A stretch of 20,000 bases of DNA from an uncultured virus (IMG/VR IMGVR_UViG_3300032220_001634). Lineage: Duplodnaviria; Heunggongvirae; Uroviricota; Caudoviricetes. Positions 1 to 8,627 of the stretch are shown piece by piece (the stretch's first letter is position 1; each line of letters starts with the position of its first letter). The stretch is taken from the IMG/VR virus record IMGVR_UViG_3300032220_001634; one strand, 5' to 3'. The notes beneath the pieces are model-generated. The model saw only the letters and a list, made by a program, of their open reading frames with translations. It was not told the origin of the DNA and searched no databases. The position numbers and the translations under genes are program-made.

Positions 1-2
1 CA

Positions 3-134
3 CATTTGTATCAATGCTACTCTGTAGACTGCAGAACAATTTTTGAGAAGAATGAGGATTCGGAAATTATAAATATCCTAGATGAAATACTCTCACTGGT
101 AGATCAAACTAAATATCTTCTTTCTTTAAGATAA
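3..134 (+). CDS. 3' end of a Dps/ferritin-like four-helix protein (DUF5856-like), truncated by the window edge
   Basis: My translation of frame 3 is HLYQCYSVDCRTIFEKNEDSEIINILDEILSLVDQTKYLLSLR*. The N(I/L)xDE..xxxxxxKYLL(S/T)L ending is typical of viral Dps-like DUF5856 proteins. A terminator follows. Confidence 0.7.
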   Translation, partial: HLYQCYSVDCRTIFEKNEDSEIINILDEILSLVDQTKYLLSLR

Positions 135-140
135 AAATAT

Positions 141-167
141 AAACCCTTCAAATATGAAGGGTTTTTT
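141..167. terminator. Bidirectional intrinsic terminator
   Basis: AAACCCTTCA-aata-TGAAGGGTTT hairpin with a T tract, between convergent genes. Confidence 0.85.
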
Positions 168-837
168 ATTGCCCCTGTGTGAAAACGGTGCAGTTTACAA
201 CAAAAAATTCATATTTCCATTCTTTAGATACTGGGTCATAGGACTCCGAGATCAAACCCATTGTTGCAGTTCCGTACTTTCCATACCCATGACTGAGTAT
301 AATTGAATTATGAGATGAAGACCCCTTATATCCATCTATAATATAGTTTCTCCCGTGTGCTCTTTCCATCTTATCCATTGCTATTTGGGATATCTTTTCG
401 TCGCTTAGCTCGTTCTGTGAGATTTTGGTTGTCATTGATTCCTGGAGTATTTCTGCTTTTATCTCTATGTTTTTAACGCTCCCTAGAGATTCAGGGTAAA
501 TAGTTCCTGGAGACTCCTTAAAGAATTCAGGCAATCCAAAGTATCTAGAATGTGCAATTTCACTGTGAGGTATCTTATAATAGAGATCCAGCATATCAGT
601 CTCTCTTGACCCAAACTTCATAAGCCCGAGATAATACAGGGCTCTTCGTCTAGCCATGCTATCCAGATCCCCGTGATTTCTGAGGGTGTGCGAAACCGTC
701 AGGGTATATGCTTTTAACGAGCTATCGAATCTGGATGAGACACCCTTTAAGTTAACAATCCCGTAACTTTTAGGGGATTGGCCCTTTACAAAAAAAGAGG
801 CCAATAAAAGTACTAAGGTTATTATTTTGATCTTCAT
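166..837 (-). CDS. Secreted protein with a divergent CAP (SCP) domain
   Basis: ATG 837 preferred over TTG 867 because a promoter box sits at 842-849. Signal peptide MKIKIITLVLLLASFFVKG|Q. LDSMARRRALYY, AHS, AEIL and YKGSSSHNSIILSHGYGKYG resemble the CAP motifs L..AA..HA, GEN and W.NS.GH..NIL....G. Confidence 0.6.
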   Translation of the reverse strand: MKIKIITLVLLLASFFVKGQSPKSYGIVNLKGVSSRFDSSLKAYTLTVSHTLRNHGDLDSMARRRALYYLGLMKFGSRETDMLDLYYKIPHSEIAHSRYFGLPEFFKESPGTIYPESLGSVKNIEIKAEILQESMTTKISQNELSDEKISQIAMDKMERAHGRNYIIDGYKGSSSHNSIILSHGYGKYGTATMGLISESYDPVSKEWKYEFFVVNCTVFTQGQ

Positions 838-841
838 GGTG

Positions 842-849
842 CAAATATA
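842..849 (-). promoter_or_regulatory. Bacteroidota sigma-A-type -7 element TATATTTG
   Basis: Exact TAnnTTTG match 4 nt before ATG 837. A TTTG lies at 865-868, giving a 15-nt spacer that is shorter than usual. Confidence 0.65.
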
Positions 850-924
850 TACTAATATCTCAGACAAACCCCGATTTTTTATCGGTTTTTTTTAGTCCGG
901 TTTAAAAAATTAATAATTTGAAAG

Positions 925-932
925 GATATATA
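925..932 (+). promoter_or_regulatory. GATATATA late-promoter-like box
   Basis: Recurrent motif, 22 nt upstream of ATG 955. Confidence 0.75.
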
Positions 933-954
933 GACTATAAAAAAAATTAAAAAC

Positions 955-2448
955 ATGACTAATAAAATGCTATCGTTCGTAGAATTCGAACAAATGTACG
1001 AGTCTTACGGATTTGTTTTCGAGGCAGACGCTGCAGTCCCTCCGGTGACAATCCCTGCAGACCAAGCGGTTACCACGAGTGGTGATGCCATGACAGGAGC
1101 GGATATTTTCGGTATCTTTAAGGATCTTGAAGCTTCTGACGATGCTACTTCTAAAGTTTCTGAAGCAGTTGTTAAGGGTAAAAAAGCTAGTGTGGTTTCA
1201 GTTAACCCATTTAAGTTAATTAAACCAGGGGAAGAAAGTGATAGAGTTAAGATCCTTCAAAAATCTATCGGTACAGAAGAAACTGGGATTTATGATAAAG
1301 AAACGGTAAAAGCGGTAAAAGCTTTCCAGAAGGAAAATAAACTACGCATAGATGGAATAGTAGGTCCTCAAACTTACACTAAGATCCTAGAAATCAAAGA
1401 TAAACTTACTCAGGATGAAATCGCAAAGAGAATGGAAGAATTCAAAAAGCTTTCAATCAATCTGATTAACGATCCTAGATTTTATCTAATATTTGAATCA
1501 ATCACAACGGTTAACGTAAAGGGAGTTGTCTATATTATCTGCATACCAAAAGCTGATGCTAAAGAGAAAGTTGAATCTCTTAAGAAAGAGGGAGCGATCA
1601 CTTCAGGATTTGAATGGTTAGAAAAAGCAGTAGACGCAATAGGTAAAGCTATCGTTTATACAGCAGTAGGTGGCGTTCTAGTTACTTTGGCTCTCGCAAA
1701 AGCAATTATCTCTGGCGCTATCAGTGTAGTTAAATACGTGGCAGCAGGAGCTTTATACTGTGCTGCTAGTTTAGTTCATGGATTAGGTCAGGTTGCTTCT
1801 TGGGTTAATAAAGGAATTAAATCTGGTGCCGAAACAGTTTACAATACGCTTAAATCAAGCGGCGAAGAATTATGGAAAGGTTTTGTTACCGTTACCAGTG
1901 TAATTATAAAAAGTGCTGAAAATGCAGGAGAAGCAATATCTTCATTCTTCTCTGGCGTTGGTTCATACCTTAAATCTGTTGCTAAATCAGGGGTTAAAGT
2001 TATCGAGGCAATAGGAAATATGGCAGTACAAATTTTAAGTCCAGTTGCAAAAGCGATAGGAATAACTATCTCAGCAGGTGCAACTATCTTGAAAGCTGCA
2101 GGTGATGCAGTAGCATGGGTGGCTAAGAAAACCTCACAAGCAGCAACAGCAATTGCTAAAACAATAGGTGGCGCTATCTCTTCAGGAGCTCAGGCAATCT
2201 GGACCGGTACAAAGGCAGTTGCAAATGCAGCATGGCAGGGTGTTAAAGGTGTAGCCTCTGGTGTTAAAACAGTAGTTGGAGCGGCAGTAAAAGCAGGCGG
2301 AGATCTAATAGCCGGAATAGGAAATGCTATGTCAGATTTCGGAAGTTGGTTACTTAAAGAGTCTTTCTCTGGAACAGGTGAATATCTTTTAGAAAGTCTT
2401 ACTTTTGAATCTATCGTTCTAGACTATTCAGGTTTAGATTTCGAATAA
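955..2448 (+). CDS. Peptidoglycan-binding-domain protein with a long Ala/Gly/Val-rich amphipathic helical region; probable virion or ejection protein
   Basis: PG_binding_1-type segment LIKPGEESDRVKILQKSI..GIYDKETVKAVKAFQKENKLRIDGIVGPQT. The C-terminal ~260 aa is low-complexity and helical with spaced Trp. Leader MTNKMLSFVEFEQMYE. Confidence 0.75.
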   Translation: MTNKMLSFVEFEQMYESYGFVFEADAAVPPVTIPADQAVTTSGDAMTGADIFGIFKDLEASDDATSKVSEAVVKGKKASVVSVNPFKLIKPGEESDRVKILQKSIGTEETGIYDKETVKAVKAFQKENKLRIDGIVGPQTYTKILEIKDKLTQDEIAKRMEEFKKLSINLINDPRFYLIFESITTVNVKGVVYIICIPKADAKEKVESLKKEGAITSGFEWLEKAVDAIGKAIVYTAVGGVLVTLALAKAIISGAISVVKYVAAGALYCAASLVHGLGQVASWVNKGIKSGAETVYNTLKSSGEELWKGFVTVTSVIIKSAENAGEAISSFFSGVGSYLKSVAKSGVKVIEAIGNMAVQILSPVAKAIGITISAGATILKAAGDAVAWVAKKTSQAATAIAKTIGGAISSGAQAIWTGTKAVANAAWQGVKGVASGVKTVVGAAVKAGGDLIAGIGNAMSDFGSWLLKESFSGTGEYLLESLTFESIVLDYSGLDFE

Positions 2449-2470
2449 GAATAATAACTATAATAAAAAG

Positions 2471-2500
2471 AAAAGAGCCTAAGAAATTAGGCTCTTTTTT
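2471..2500. terminator. Bidirectional intrinsic terminator
   Basis: AAAAGAGCCTAA-GAAA-TTAGGCTCTTTTTT, between convergent genes. Confidence 0.9.
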
Positions 2501-2518
2501 ATTTGTGTGAGATTTTTT

Positions 2519-3085
2519 TTATTGTGCTATTCTAGTTGAAATCCATTTAGGAAGGTATTTCTCTAAGTTAGCTGTTTTTAAAGAAAGATACCCCAAAATA
2601 ACTCCTAAAAGATGAATCACATGAGCTGTCTTGTCTTCTGCTGTGTTTCCAACATTTACCAATTCAATTAAAGCGAGAAATAGGATGATGCCCTTACCAA
2701 CTAATGGCTTCTTTTGCCAAGAGAAGAAGTATCTAGACATAAGGAAATAACATGTTCCTGATATTCCTATGGCTGGCTCTGTGATGCCTAATATTGAAAC
2801 AGGGAGATATAAAACGGAAAGAAAAAATGTTACCCAGAAGATCTTTACTATATTGTAGGTTTGGTTTATAGTTGAAAGTAATGCCAAAAACAATAGTATC
2901 ATGTTAAGACTGAAGTGTACAAATCCTGCATGTAAAAATCCGCTGATAATAGGATCTAGCATTAGGATGTGAGATGAGTTCTCTCCGAAAATTGCTATCT
3001 GTATCCCAAGTACTACAAATGAAGACAGACAAAGAAGAATTACTAAACCTGTGGTTTTTGCTGAGAATTTTAAATTGTTATTCAT
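2519..3085 (-). CDS. Rhomboid-family intramembrane serine protease
   Basis: Multiple TM segments; SGFLHAGFVHFSLN (HxxxxHxxxN); catalytic GISG (GxSG); AHVIHLLGVILG (HxxGxxxG). Confidence 0.88.
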   Translation of the reverse strand: MNNNLKFSAKTTGLVILLCLSSFVVLGIQIAIFGENSSHILMLDPIISGFLHAGFVHFSLNMILLFLALLSTINQTYNIVKIFWVTFFLSVLYLPVSILGITEPAIGISGTCYFLMSRYFFSWQKKPLVGKGIILFLALIELVNVGNTAEDKTAHVIHLLGVILGYLSLKTANLEKYLPKWISTRIAQ

Positions 3086-3107
3086 TTCGATTTTTTTTGT
3101 TACAGTG

Positions 3108-3115
3108 TAAAGGTA
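3108..3115 (-). promoter_or_regulatory. Bacteroidota-type -7 element variant TACCTTTA
   Basis: One mismatch from TAnnTTTG, 22 nt upstream of the rhomboid ATG. Confidence 0.45.
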
Positions 3116-3144
3116 TGATATAAAATCGAAATAAAAAAATATTT

Positions 3145-3987
3145 TTAGAGATTTTTTATTCTTTCTAAAAATTTACTGAAAGATTCCACTCTAGAGACTG
3201 ATTCGTTTGCGGGGGCTTCTGAACTTAGCTTTTCTGACTCCTTTTTCTCCCAGCGGAATAAAGGCATATTCCATGTTTGCTCAAAAACTTCTGGTGCATT
3301 TTTGTAAGAGTTTGGAGACTCGTCCATCATATCCCTTGTGTATTGCCACCCCATAAATAGAGGCTCTGATACTTTAAACCCAAAAAATTCTAGTACGCTT
3401 CTTTGAAGTTCTAGGCTTTCCTTAACCCTCCAATTTTGTCCTATTAGAACTAAGCCTGCTTGAATGTCTTTTATAGAATTATCCTCACCTAGTGTGGTGT
3501 GCATATTCTCCATCCAATCAAGTCTCTCTATAATTTTCTGATAAATTGCATTTACACTTCCCCATCTTTGAGACCCGAAAAATATAACGGCCTGACTTTC
3601 GTAGATAGATTTGGATATTTTCCAAAGCTCGTCATCCTCGTAATCATGGGAAGCCCAGCATCTCAAAAGTCCGTTTGGGTTCTTTTCTTTATCCTTGAGG
3701 TTAGCTTCTTTAGCTCCGCAATGATTTCCGTGCATTTCGCTAACGCATCCTAAGCAATTGTGAATATTGAGTTTGGCACCATCTAACAACTCCACTTCAA
3801 CACCTCTTCTTTCTAGTGCTTCTGCCAGATGCTTTGCCAACTGAGAAGATTTTGGGGTCTCTCCCTGTTTTTCTATATACTCACTTCTAGAGGATGTCGT
3901 TACGAAAGTAACCTTTTTATGCGAAGAAAGAGTCTCAAGAAATGACTCTACATTCTCAATCTCCATTCCGTATTTAACGTCTATCAT
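3145..3987 (-). CDS. NAD(P)H-dependent FMN reductase / iron-sulfur flavoprotein (flavodoxin-like fold)
   Basis: VTFVTTSSR..SSQLA (phosphate loop), IHNCLGC, DDELWKI..IYESQAVIFFGSQRWG..YQKIIERL. Start moved to ATG 3987, downstream of the box at 4009-4016. Confidence 0.8.
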   Translation of the reverse strand: MIDVKYGMEIENVESFLETLSSHKKVTFVTTSSRSEYIEKQGETPKSSQLAKHLAEALERRGVEVELLDGAKLNIHNCLGCVSEMHGNHCGAKEANLKDKEKNPNGLLRCWASHDYEDDELWKISKSIYESQAVIFFGSQRWGSVNAIYQKIIERLDWMENMHTTLGEDNSIKDIQAGLVLIGQNWRVKESLELQRSVLEFFGFKVSEPLFMGWQYTRDMMDESPNSYKNAPEVFEQTWNMPLFRWEKKESEKLSSEAPANESVSRVESFSKFLERIKNL

Positions 3988-4008
3988 TGGATAAAAATAA
4001 TTTCCCAC

Positions 4009-4016
4009 TATATATC
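4009..4016 (-). promoter_or_regulatory. GATATATA box
   Basis: 21 nt upstream of ATG 3987. Confidence 0.7.
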
Positions 4017-4077
4017 TTAAAAAATAAGCTTTATTGACACCCTCCAAAATATATACACTAAAAAACCAAGCACTCCG

Positions 4078-4251
4078 ATGAAAAAGCAAGCTCCTAAAAC
4101 CAAATTGGGATCAAAAACAAAGCTATCAGAAAAGATCAAGTTAATGCTAAAGAAGAAAAATACTAGGGCTAAAAAACAAGAACCTATCTTCGAAAGGCCT
4201 GATATTCTAGATGATTGGTGTGAATGGCATCCCGACGTTCCTGTTGGTTAA
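4078..4251 (+). CDS. Small Lys-rich protein, 57 aa (absent from the ORF track)
   Basis: MKKQAPKTKLGSKTKLSEKIKLMLKKKNTRAKKQEPIFERPDILDDWCEWHPDVPVG*. Preceded by AATATATA at 4048-4055. It fills the intergenic gap, and its stop overlaps the convergent gene's stop in TTAA. Confidence 0.6.
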   Translation: MKKQAPKTKLGSKTKLSEKIKLMLKKKNTRAKKQEPIFERPDILDDWCEWHPDVPVG

Positions 4252-4727
4252 ACACCGAAGGAAACCATTTCTTCTGATCTCTGATATATCCTTTTTAACC
4301 TTTTATTTTTTCTAAGGTAGGATCCCCAATTATCATCAGATACCTCTGACAGAAGAACTGTCCACATATCCTCGGATTTATTAGCTTCTATTTCATATGG
4401 GTTCTTATCGTATTCGTACATTTTCTGGTATCTATAATACCAAGGAGAATATTGAAGATAATGGGTATATTCATGTAGGAGAGTTTTAGTCATCTCCTTG
4501 AAATCTGAGTGTGGCTTTAACCAGATCCTTATTTCATTCTCTTCGTTCCCGTATTCACCTATAACTCTTCCGTTTACATCCGGTAGTAAAACAAGTTTTG
4601 GTAGGTCCTTCTTGTATTTGGACTTACCTCTATGGAAAGCTGTTAAGCTCCAAATTCTTAAAACCTTGTCCTTGTTTACTCTTTCCAAGGGTGTGGGGAT
4701 GTTTTTTGGGATTTGGACTAAGTCCAT
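4248..4727 (-). CDS. Zincin-like HExxH metallopeptidase domain protein
   Basis: GEY..IRIW..TLLHEYTHYLQ followed by NPYEIEA (third-ligand Glu motif). Confidence 0.75.
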   Translation of the reverse strand: MDLVQIPKNIPTPLERVNKDKVLRIWSLTAFHRGKSKYKKDLPKLVLLPDVNGRVIGEYGNEENEIRIWLKPHSDFKEMTKTLLHEYTHYLQYSPWYYRYQKMYEYDKNPYEIEANKSEDMWTVLLSEVSDDNWGSYLRKNKRLKRIYQRSEEMVSFGV

Positions 4728-4729
4728 CC

Positions 4730-4737
4730 TATATATC
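4730..4737 (-). promoter_or_regulatory. GATATATA box
   Basis: Only 2 nt upstream of ATG 4727. Confidence 0.65.
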
Positions 4738-4753
4738 CAGCAGGCCCCCGTTT

Positions 4754-6523
4754 CTAGTGAAAAACTATGTAATTCCTAACTTCATCTTTTGATTGGGTGT
4801 ACAACAACTCTTCATTCTCAAAGACCTCTATAAAGGAGAAGTTTTCTGGAACCTTTATGTTTGACCAGCAGCCCTTTCCCTCCAATTTATGGTTAAACGC
4901 AAGCTTGTCTCCGTTATCTAAATGTAGTATTATTATTCGGTCAACCTTCCGGTCTGAGTAGTTCTCAGAGTGTAAAAGAACCCCCGTCTTGTTTTCATTG
5001 CTATATTCACCTCTATATTCATAGTAGATTTCGCTAACGCATCCTCTATAACACTCCTTCATATTACTGCTAGAGGTAACTGTATTCCAGATCGTGTCCT
5101 TAAAATCTTCTTTAATATACTCACCTTCCTTTAGTATTATCTCTTGGTTTAAATCCTCTAGAAGAATTGACTCGCATAAGAAATTTTCTACTATTCTAAA
5201 ATCAAGGCCCCCGCTGATGTCAATTAGGAATTTTTGATAGTCCTCCTCTGATTGTATGTCGGGTATAACTTTAAGGAAATAGTCTATCTCGCAGTAGAAG
5301 TAGTGGAATGAAACGTCTCTAGGATTATTAAAGGGATTGAAATAGAAAAGACCTCTTTTACCTAATGTCTCTACATAATCGGGGACTTTAGATATCCAAT
5401 CCATTGACTCCTCTCCAAAAAGATCATCAGTCTCGAATCTCTGAAAATGGGTGTATCCAAGTCTTTTACAGTAATGTAAAGCATTGAACAGATTTATTAA
5501 AACAGATAGGCCGTGTCTCTGAACTCCCGACTTTACAGTGTATACTGTGAATTGACCCTTTGATACCCGAAATCTAACTTCGGGAACATTTGTATATTCG
5601 CCTTTAAAGAGCTGATTTCTTCTATCGTAGAAATAACAATCAGAAAGCTTTAAAGTTTCTGGACTGACCGGGGTATTTGAGATCAGAAAAACATCATGCT
5701 CTCTTCTCTTGAGTCGTTCCAAGCAGGAATGAAGGTTTCTTTGAACAATGCTGTCATGTACGAAACAGTCTACGATAGAGATTACTTTCCTTCGGGTTTC
5801 CCTATGCTCTTTATATCTTTTTTTAATAATTTCAGAAACCCTAATTCTTTCACGTTCCTTCTCTTCTTCGGGAACTTTAGAGAATACACCAGAATCTGAT
5901 ATGCGATAGCATCCACTAGGCCATTCTTCACATCTGATTTTTCCGAAAAAAGAAAGCTCGATATTAGTTACCCAGTCAAGATAAGGTATGTCAGAATATT
6001 CAGGTTTTAAAAGTCCAGGAAAGTTTCTAAAAACCCTACCAAATCCTACCATGTTTCTTTCAAGCATGTCCTCAGTATTTAGATTTAGAATTGTTGGGAA
6101 TAACCATCTCCCACCAGTGTCACACGGAGGGATTAATTCATTTTCTTCGTTGACATACCTATACCCGGTACTGTGCATAACGTAGTCCGGATTATTCTCC
6201 AGGAAATCTACCTGCTTCTGTAGTTTGTTTTCGTCTGTGAAATAATCATCTCCGTCTATGAAAGAAATATATTTTCCTGAGGCATTTTCCAGCAATATTC
6301 TGAAGTTATGATAAACCCCCACATTTTCGGTACTTTCCAGTATTCTGACTCTTTTATCCGAATTAAATTTAGATTTTAGTATTTCATTGGTTCTGTCCAT
6401 AGAGAAATCATCCCTTATTAAAACCTCAAAATCAAAATTAGTCTTCTGAGATAGAATAGAGTTTATACATTGTTCTATGTACTTCTCAAACTTATATGAT
6501 GTTACAATTACACTTAATAGCAT
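4754..6523 (-). CDS. GT2 family glycosyltransferase fused to a second uncharacterised (possibly GT-like) domain
   Basis: LSVIVTSYKFEKYIEQCINSILSQKT..EVLIRDDFSMD..GKYISFIDGDDY (GT2 with DxD); unrecognised C-terminal ~340 aa. Confidence 0.88.
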   Translation of the reverse strand: MLLSVIVTSYKFEKYIEQCINSILSQKTNFDFEVLIRDDFSMDRTNEILKSKFNSDKRVRILESTENVGVYHNFRILLENASGKYISFIDGDDYFTDENKLQKQVDFLENNPDYVMHSTGYRYVNEENELIPPCDTGGRWLFPTILNLNTEDMLERNMVGFGRVFRNFPGLLKPEYSDIPYLDWVTNIELSFFGKIRCEEWPSGCYRISDSGVFSKVPEEEKERERIRVSEIIKKRYKEHRETRRKVISIVDCFVHDSIVQRNLHSCLERLKRREHDVFLISNTPVSPETLKLSDCYFYDRRNQLFKGEYTNVPEVRFRVSKGQFTVYTVKSGVQRHGLSVLINLFNALHYCKRLGYTHFQRFETDDLFGEESMDWISKVPDYVETLGKRGLFYFNPFNNPRDVSFHYFYCEIDYFLKVIPDIQSEEDYQKFLIDISGGLDFRIVENFLCESILLEDLNQEIILKEGEYIKEDFKDTIWNTVTSSSNMKECYRGCVSEIYYEYRGEYSNENKTGVLLHSENYSDRKVDRIIILHLDNGDKLAFNHKLEGKGCWSNIKVPENFSFIEVFENEELLYTQSKDEVRNYIVFH

Positions 6524-7828
6524 TTACAGTGATTTATAGATATTAGGATCAAAATAATGTTCATAGTAATTATTGACCTGTTCTGAGTAGTAGCTTATCC
6601 ATCTATGTGGTGACATTCCTAACCATAATTCAGCTACTGTTCTATTATCCGGTTTCTCTAGATGCAGCTTAATTAACGAGGGTAAAGTATTTATGTGTTT
6701 TGAACTCGACCACCAAAAATTACCTGAGAAATAGTTGTCGAATTGGTAATGCAGGAACCTAAACCATTCCACGTAAAGAGCTCCGCAGACCGTGCTCCTA
6801 TCGTTAATTAAATCGTGGAGACAAACTTTCCATTTTTCTATTACGAAATATTCCATACACTCTCTCCACGAATTAATATAATAATCGCTTTCTCTAGACG
6901 ATCCCTTTGTGTGAAAATATAAAACTGATCCTTTTGGGTTGAGTACACAATAATTTTGTAGGTTGATTAGAGTATCGAATTCAGCGTTATTTGTGCTGTA
7001 TTTTACGATCTCTATTTTTAAATCTGGATCCCTTTTTTTAATCATAGAGAAGAAGATATCATAGTTGCTTTCTATCGTTGAATAAACGCCGTAGAATATT
7101 TTATCTGCTCTTTTATATAATCCCGAGGTGGCCATTTTTTCGATTTGTGAATCTACTATAGAATGCCAATTTTTATCAAGATAGTTATGCACAAATACTG
7201 AAACCTTATGATTCTCTATTAGTCCTATTCCACCCCAAACACCATAATCCTGATCTTTCAGTATCTGATGGAATTGGTTATCTCTTCTGTAATTATCTTC
7301 TCTCTCTTTTGCTATAAATTCATATTTGTTTTTATATTGGGGTAAAAGCTCTTTCCATAGCTTGCTTACGAAAATATCATACTCCTCCGTTTCTTTACTT
7401 TCTACTATATCATGGAAAGCCATGTATCCATCGTCGGCTAAAAACTGCTTATACTTTTCATAATCATTTTTTACCCCCTCATATGAATGATCCCCGTCTA
7501 TAAAGATGAAATCAAATTTGATCCCCAGGTTCTTAATAAAATTTACAGTGTCGTTGGATCGTGAATCAGATATAATGTAATTATAACTAGGAAATATTTC
7601 CTTTATCCTGTCGAAATTCGGATCGTGTTTTATGTCAATTGTCAGTACATTATCATAAAGATGACAAAGACCGAATGCTGTACCCCCGTAATTAGATCCG
7701 ATCTCTAGAGCGTATTTTTTATTCTTTGAATTATTAAGTAAATCTAAGAGAAGTTTAAATTCCTCTGGCTTTTGCTCGATGTTAAAGTCTAAGCAATTTT
7801 CCCATATTTGATTAAAATTATATTCCAT
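6524..7828 (-). CDS. Class I SAM methyltransferase (Methyltransf_24-like) fused to a YFHTKG/FSGNFWW domain
   Basis: ALEIGSNYGGT, FDFIFIDGDHSYEGVKND, GYMAFHD; C-terminal VLYFHTKG..WRECMEYF..FSGNFWW. Confidence 0.82.
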   Translation of the reverse strand: MEYNFNQIWENCLDFNIEQKPEEFKLLLDLLNNSKNKKYALEIGSNYGGTAFGLCHLYDNVLTIDIKHDPNFDRIKEIFPSYNYIISDSRSNDTVNFIKNLGIKFDFIFIDGDHSYEGVKNDYEKYKQFLADDGYMAFHDIVESKETEEYDIFVSKLWKELLPQYKNKYEFIAKEREDNYRRDNQFHQILKDQDYGVWGGIGLIENHKVSVFVHNYLDKNWHSIVDSQIEKMATSGLYKRADKIFYGVYSTIESNYDIFFSMIKKRDPDLKIEIVKYSTNNAEFDTLINLQNYCVLNPKGSVLYFHTKGSSRESDYYINSWRECMEYFVIEKWKVCLHDLINDRSTVCGALYVEWFRFLHYQFDNYFSGNFWWSSSKHINTLPSLIKLHLEKPDNRTVAELWLGMSPHRWISYYSEQVNNYYEHYFDPNIYKSL

Positions 7829-8626
7829 TTAGTGTGAATTGTTTAATGTGTAAGAACTGGTAGATGGTTCAAAGCCTAAATTTATTACATGAAATCTCTT
7901 ATGACATAGCGACTTATATTTTTTGGACCATCTAATGGCAAAATCTAATTCCTCCCGCATAGAAGAAATATCATATCCCGTTATAAATTCTCCTATGCTG
8001 AGTAATTTTTCAACATTATGTACACCGGGTCTGAGAGAAAAACTAGGCCAGTTAAAATACGTCAGCCACAAATCAGGAGACTGTACGATTTGTATAGCTG
8101 AAACGTCGTCCATAAAAAGATATGAATTAAGTCCCAATTCAGGATTGTAATACCATTCCCAATAATCACCAATCACAGTAGGATTTATGTGTTCAGGAAA
8201 TTTCTTATAGCTTTGCGTATAATTGACATACCCATATTCATTGTGATTTTCTAATAAATCTATGGCCTCCGTGATTTTAAAAAAGTCAACAAAAAGATAA
8301 TCATCTTCTAAAAGAAAATCGTAATCAGAAGAGGATTCTTTTAGTTTATTTCTCCAATCGTTGAGTATCCTGGAGTGTCTATATGAATCGGGGAAAGAAT
8401 CGGGGTAAAAATGGATTATTTTGACGTTTTTGTCTCCGAAGTATAGGTTAACCAGTCTTTCCATTTCTAATTTATCTCCGTCGGGGGAAGAATCATCATA
8501 GAAAATCACGTCGTCTATTATCGATAGATCCGAACAGAATAGATGAAATGCCTTTAAAACTCTTCTTAAAAAATGGAGTCTTTTACATGACATTATTGTT
8601 AATGTTACTTTCTTTCCTTTGTACAT
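7829..8626 (-). CDS. GT-A fold (GT2-like) glycosyltransferase
   Basis: VTLTIMSCKRLHFLRRVL, IFYDDSS, YDFLLEDDYLF; position within the glycan operon. Confidence 0.7.
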   Translation of the reverse strand: MYKGKKVTLTIMSCKRLHFLRRVLKAFHLFCSDLSIIDDVIFYDDSSPDGDKLEMERLVNLYFGDKNVKIIHFYPDSFPDSYRHSRILNDWRNKLKESSSDYDFLLEDDYLFVDFFKITEAIDLLENHNEYGYVNYTQSYKKFPEHINPTVIGDYWEWYYNPELGLNSYLFMDDVSAIQIVQSPDLWLTYFNWPSFSLRPGVHNVEKLLSIGEFITGYDISSMREELDFAIRWSKKYKSLCHKRFHVINLGFEPSTSSYTLNNSH

Positions 8627-8627
8627 C

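Noticed and set aside
955..2448. Calling this gene an endolysin or the tail tape measure protein
   Set aside because: No catalytic lysin motif is visible. It is short for a large-phage tape measure and has no tail genes beside it.
4034..4059. Sigma70 promoter TTGACA...TACACT
   Set aside because: The spacer is only 14 nt, and the AATATATA box explains the site better.
3988..4089. Longer N-termini in the ORF track (4089, 867, 17257, 19124, 19856)
   Set aside because: They use TTG/GTG starts. Four run across predicted promoter boxes; 19856 adds an atypical Cys/Lys extension. The downstream ATGs give signal peptides, leaders or more plausible starts.
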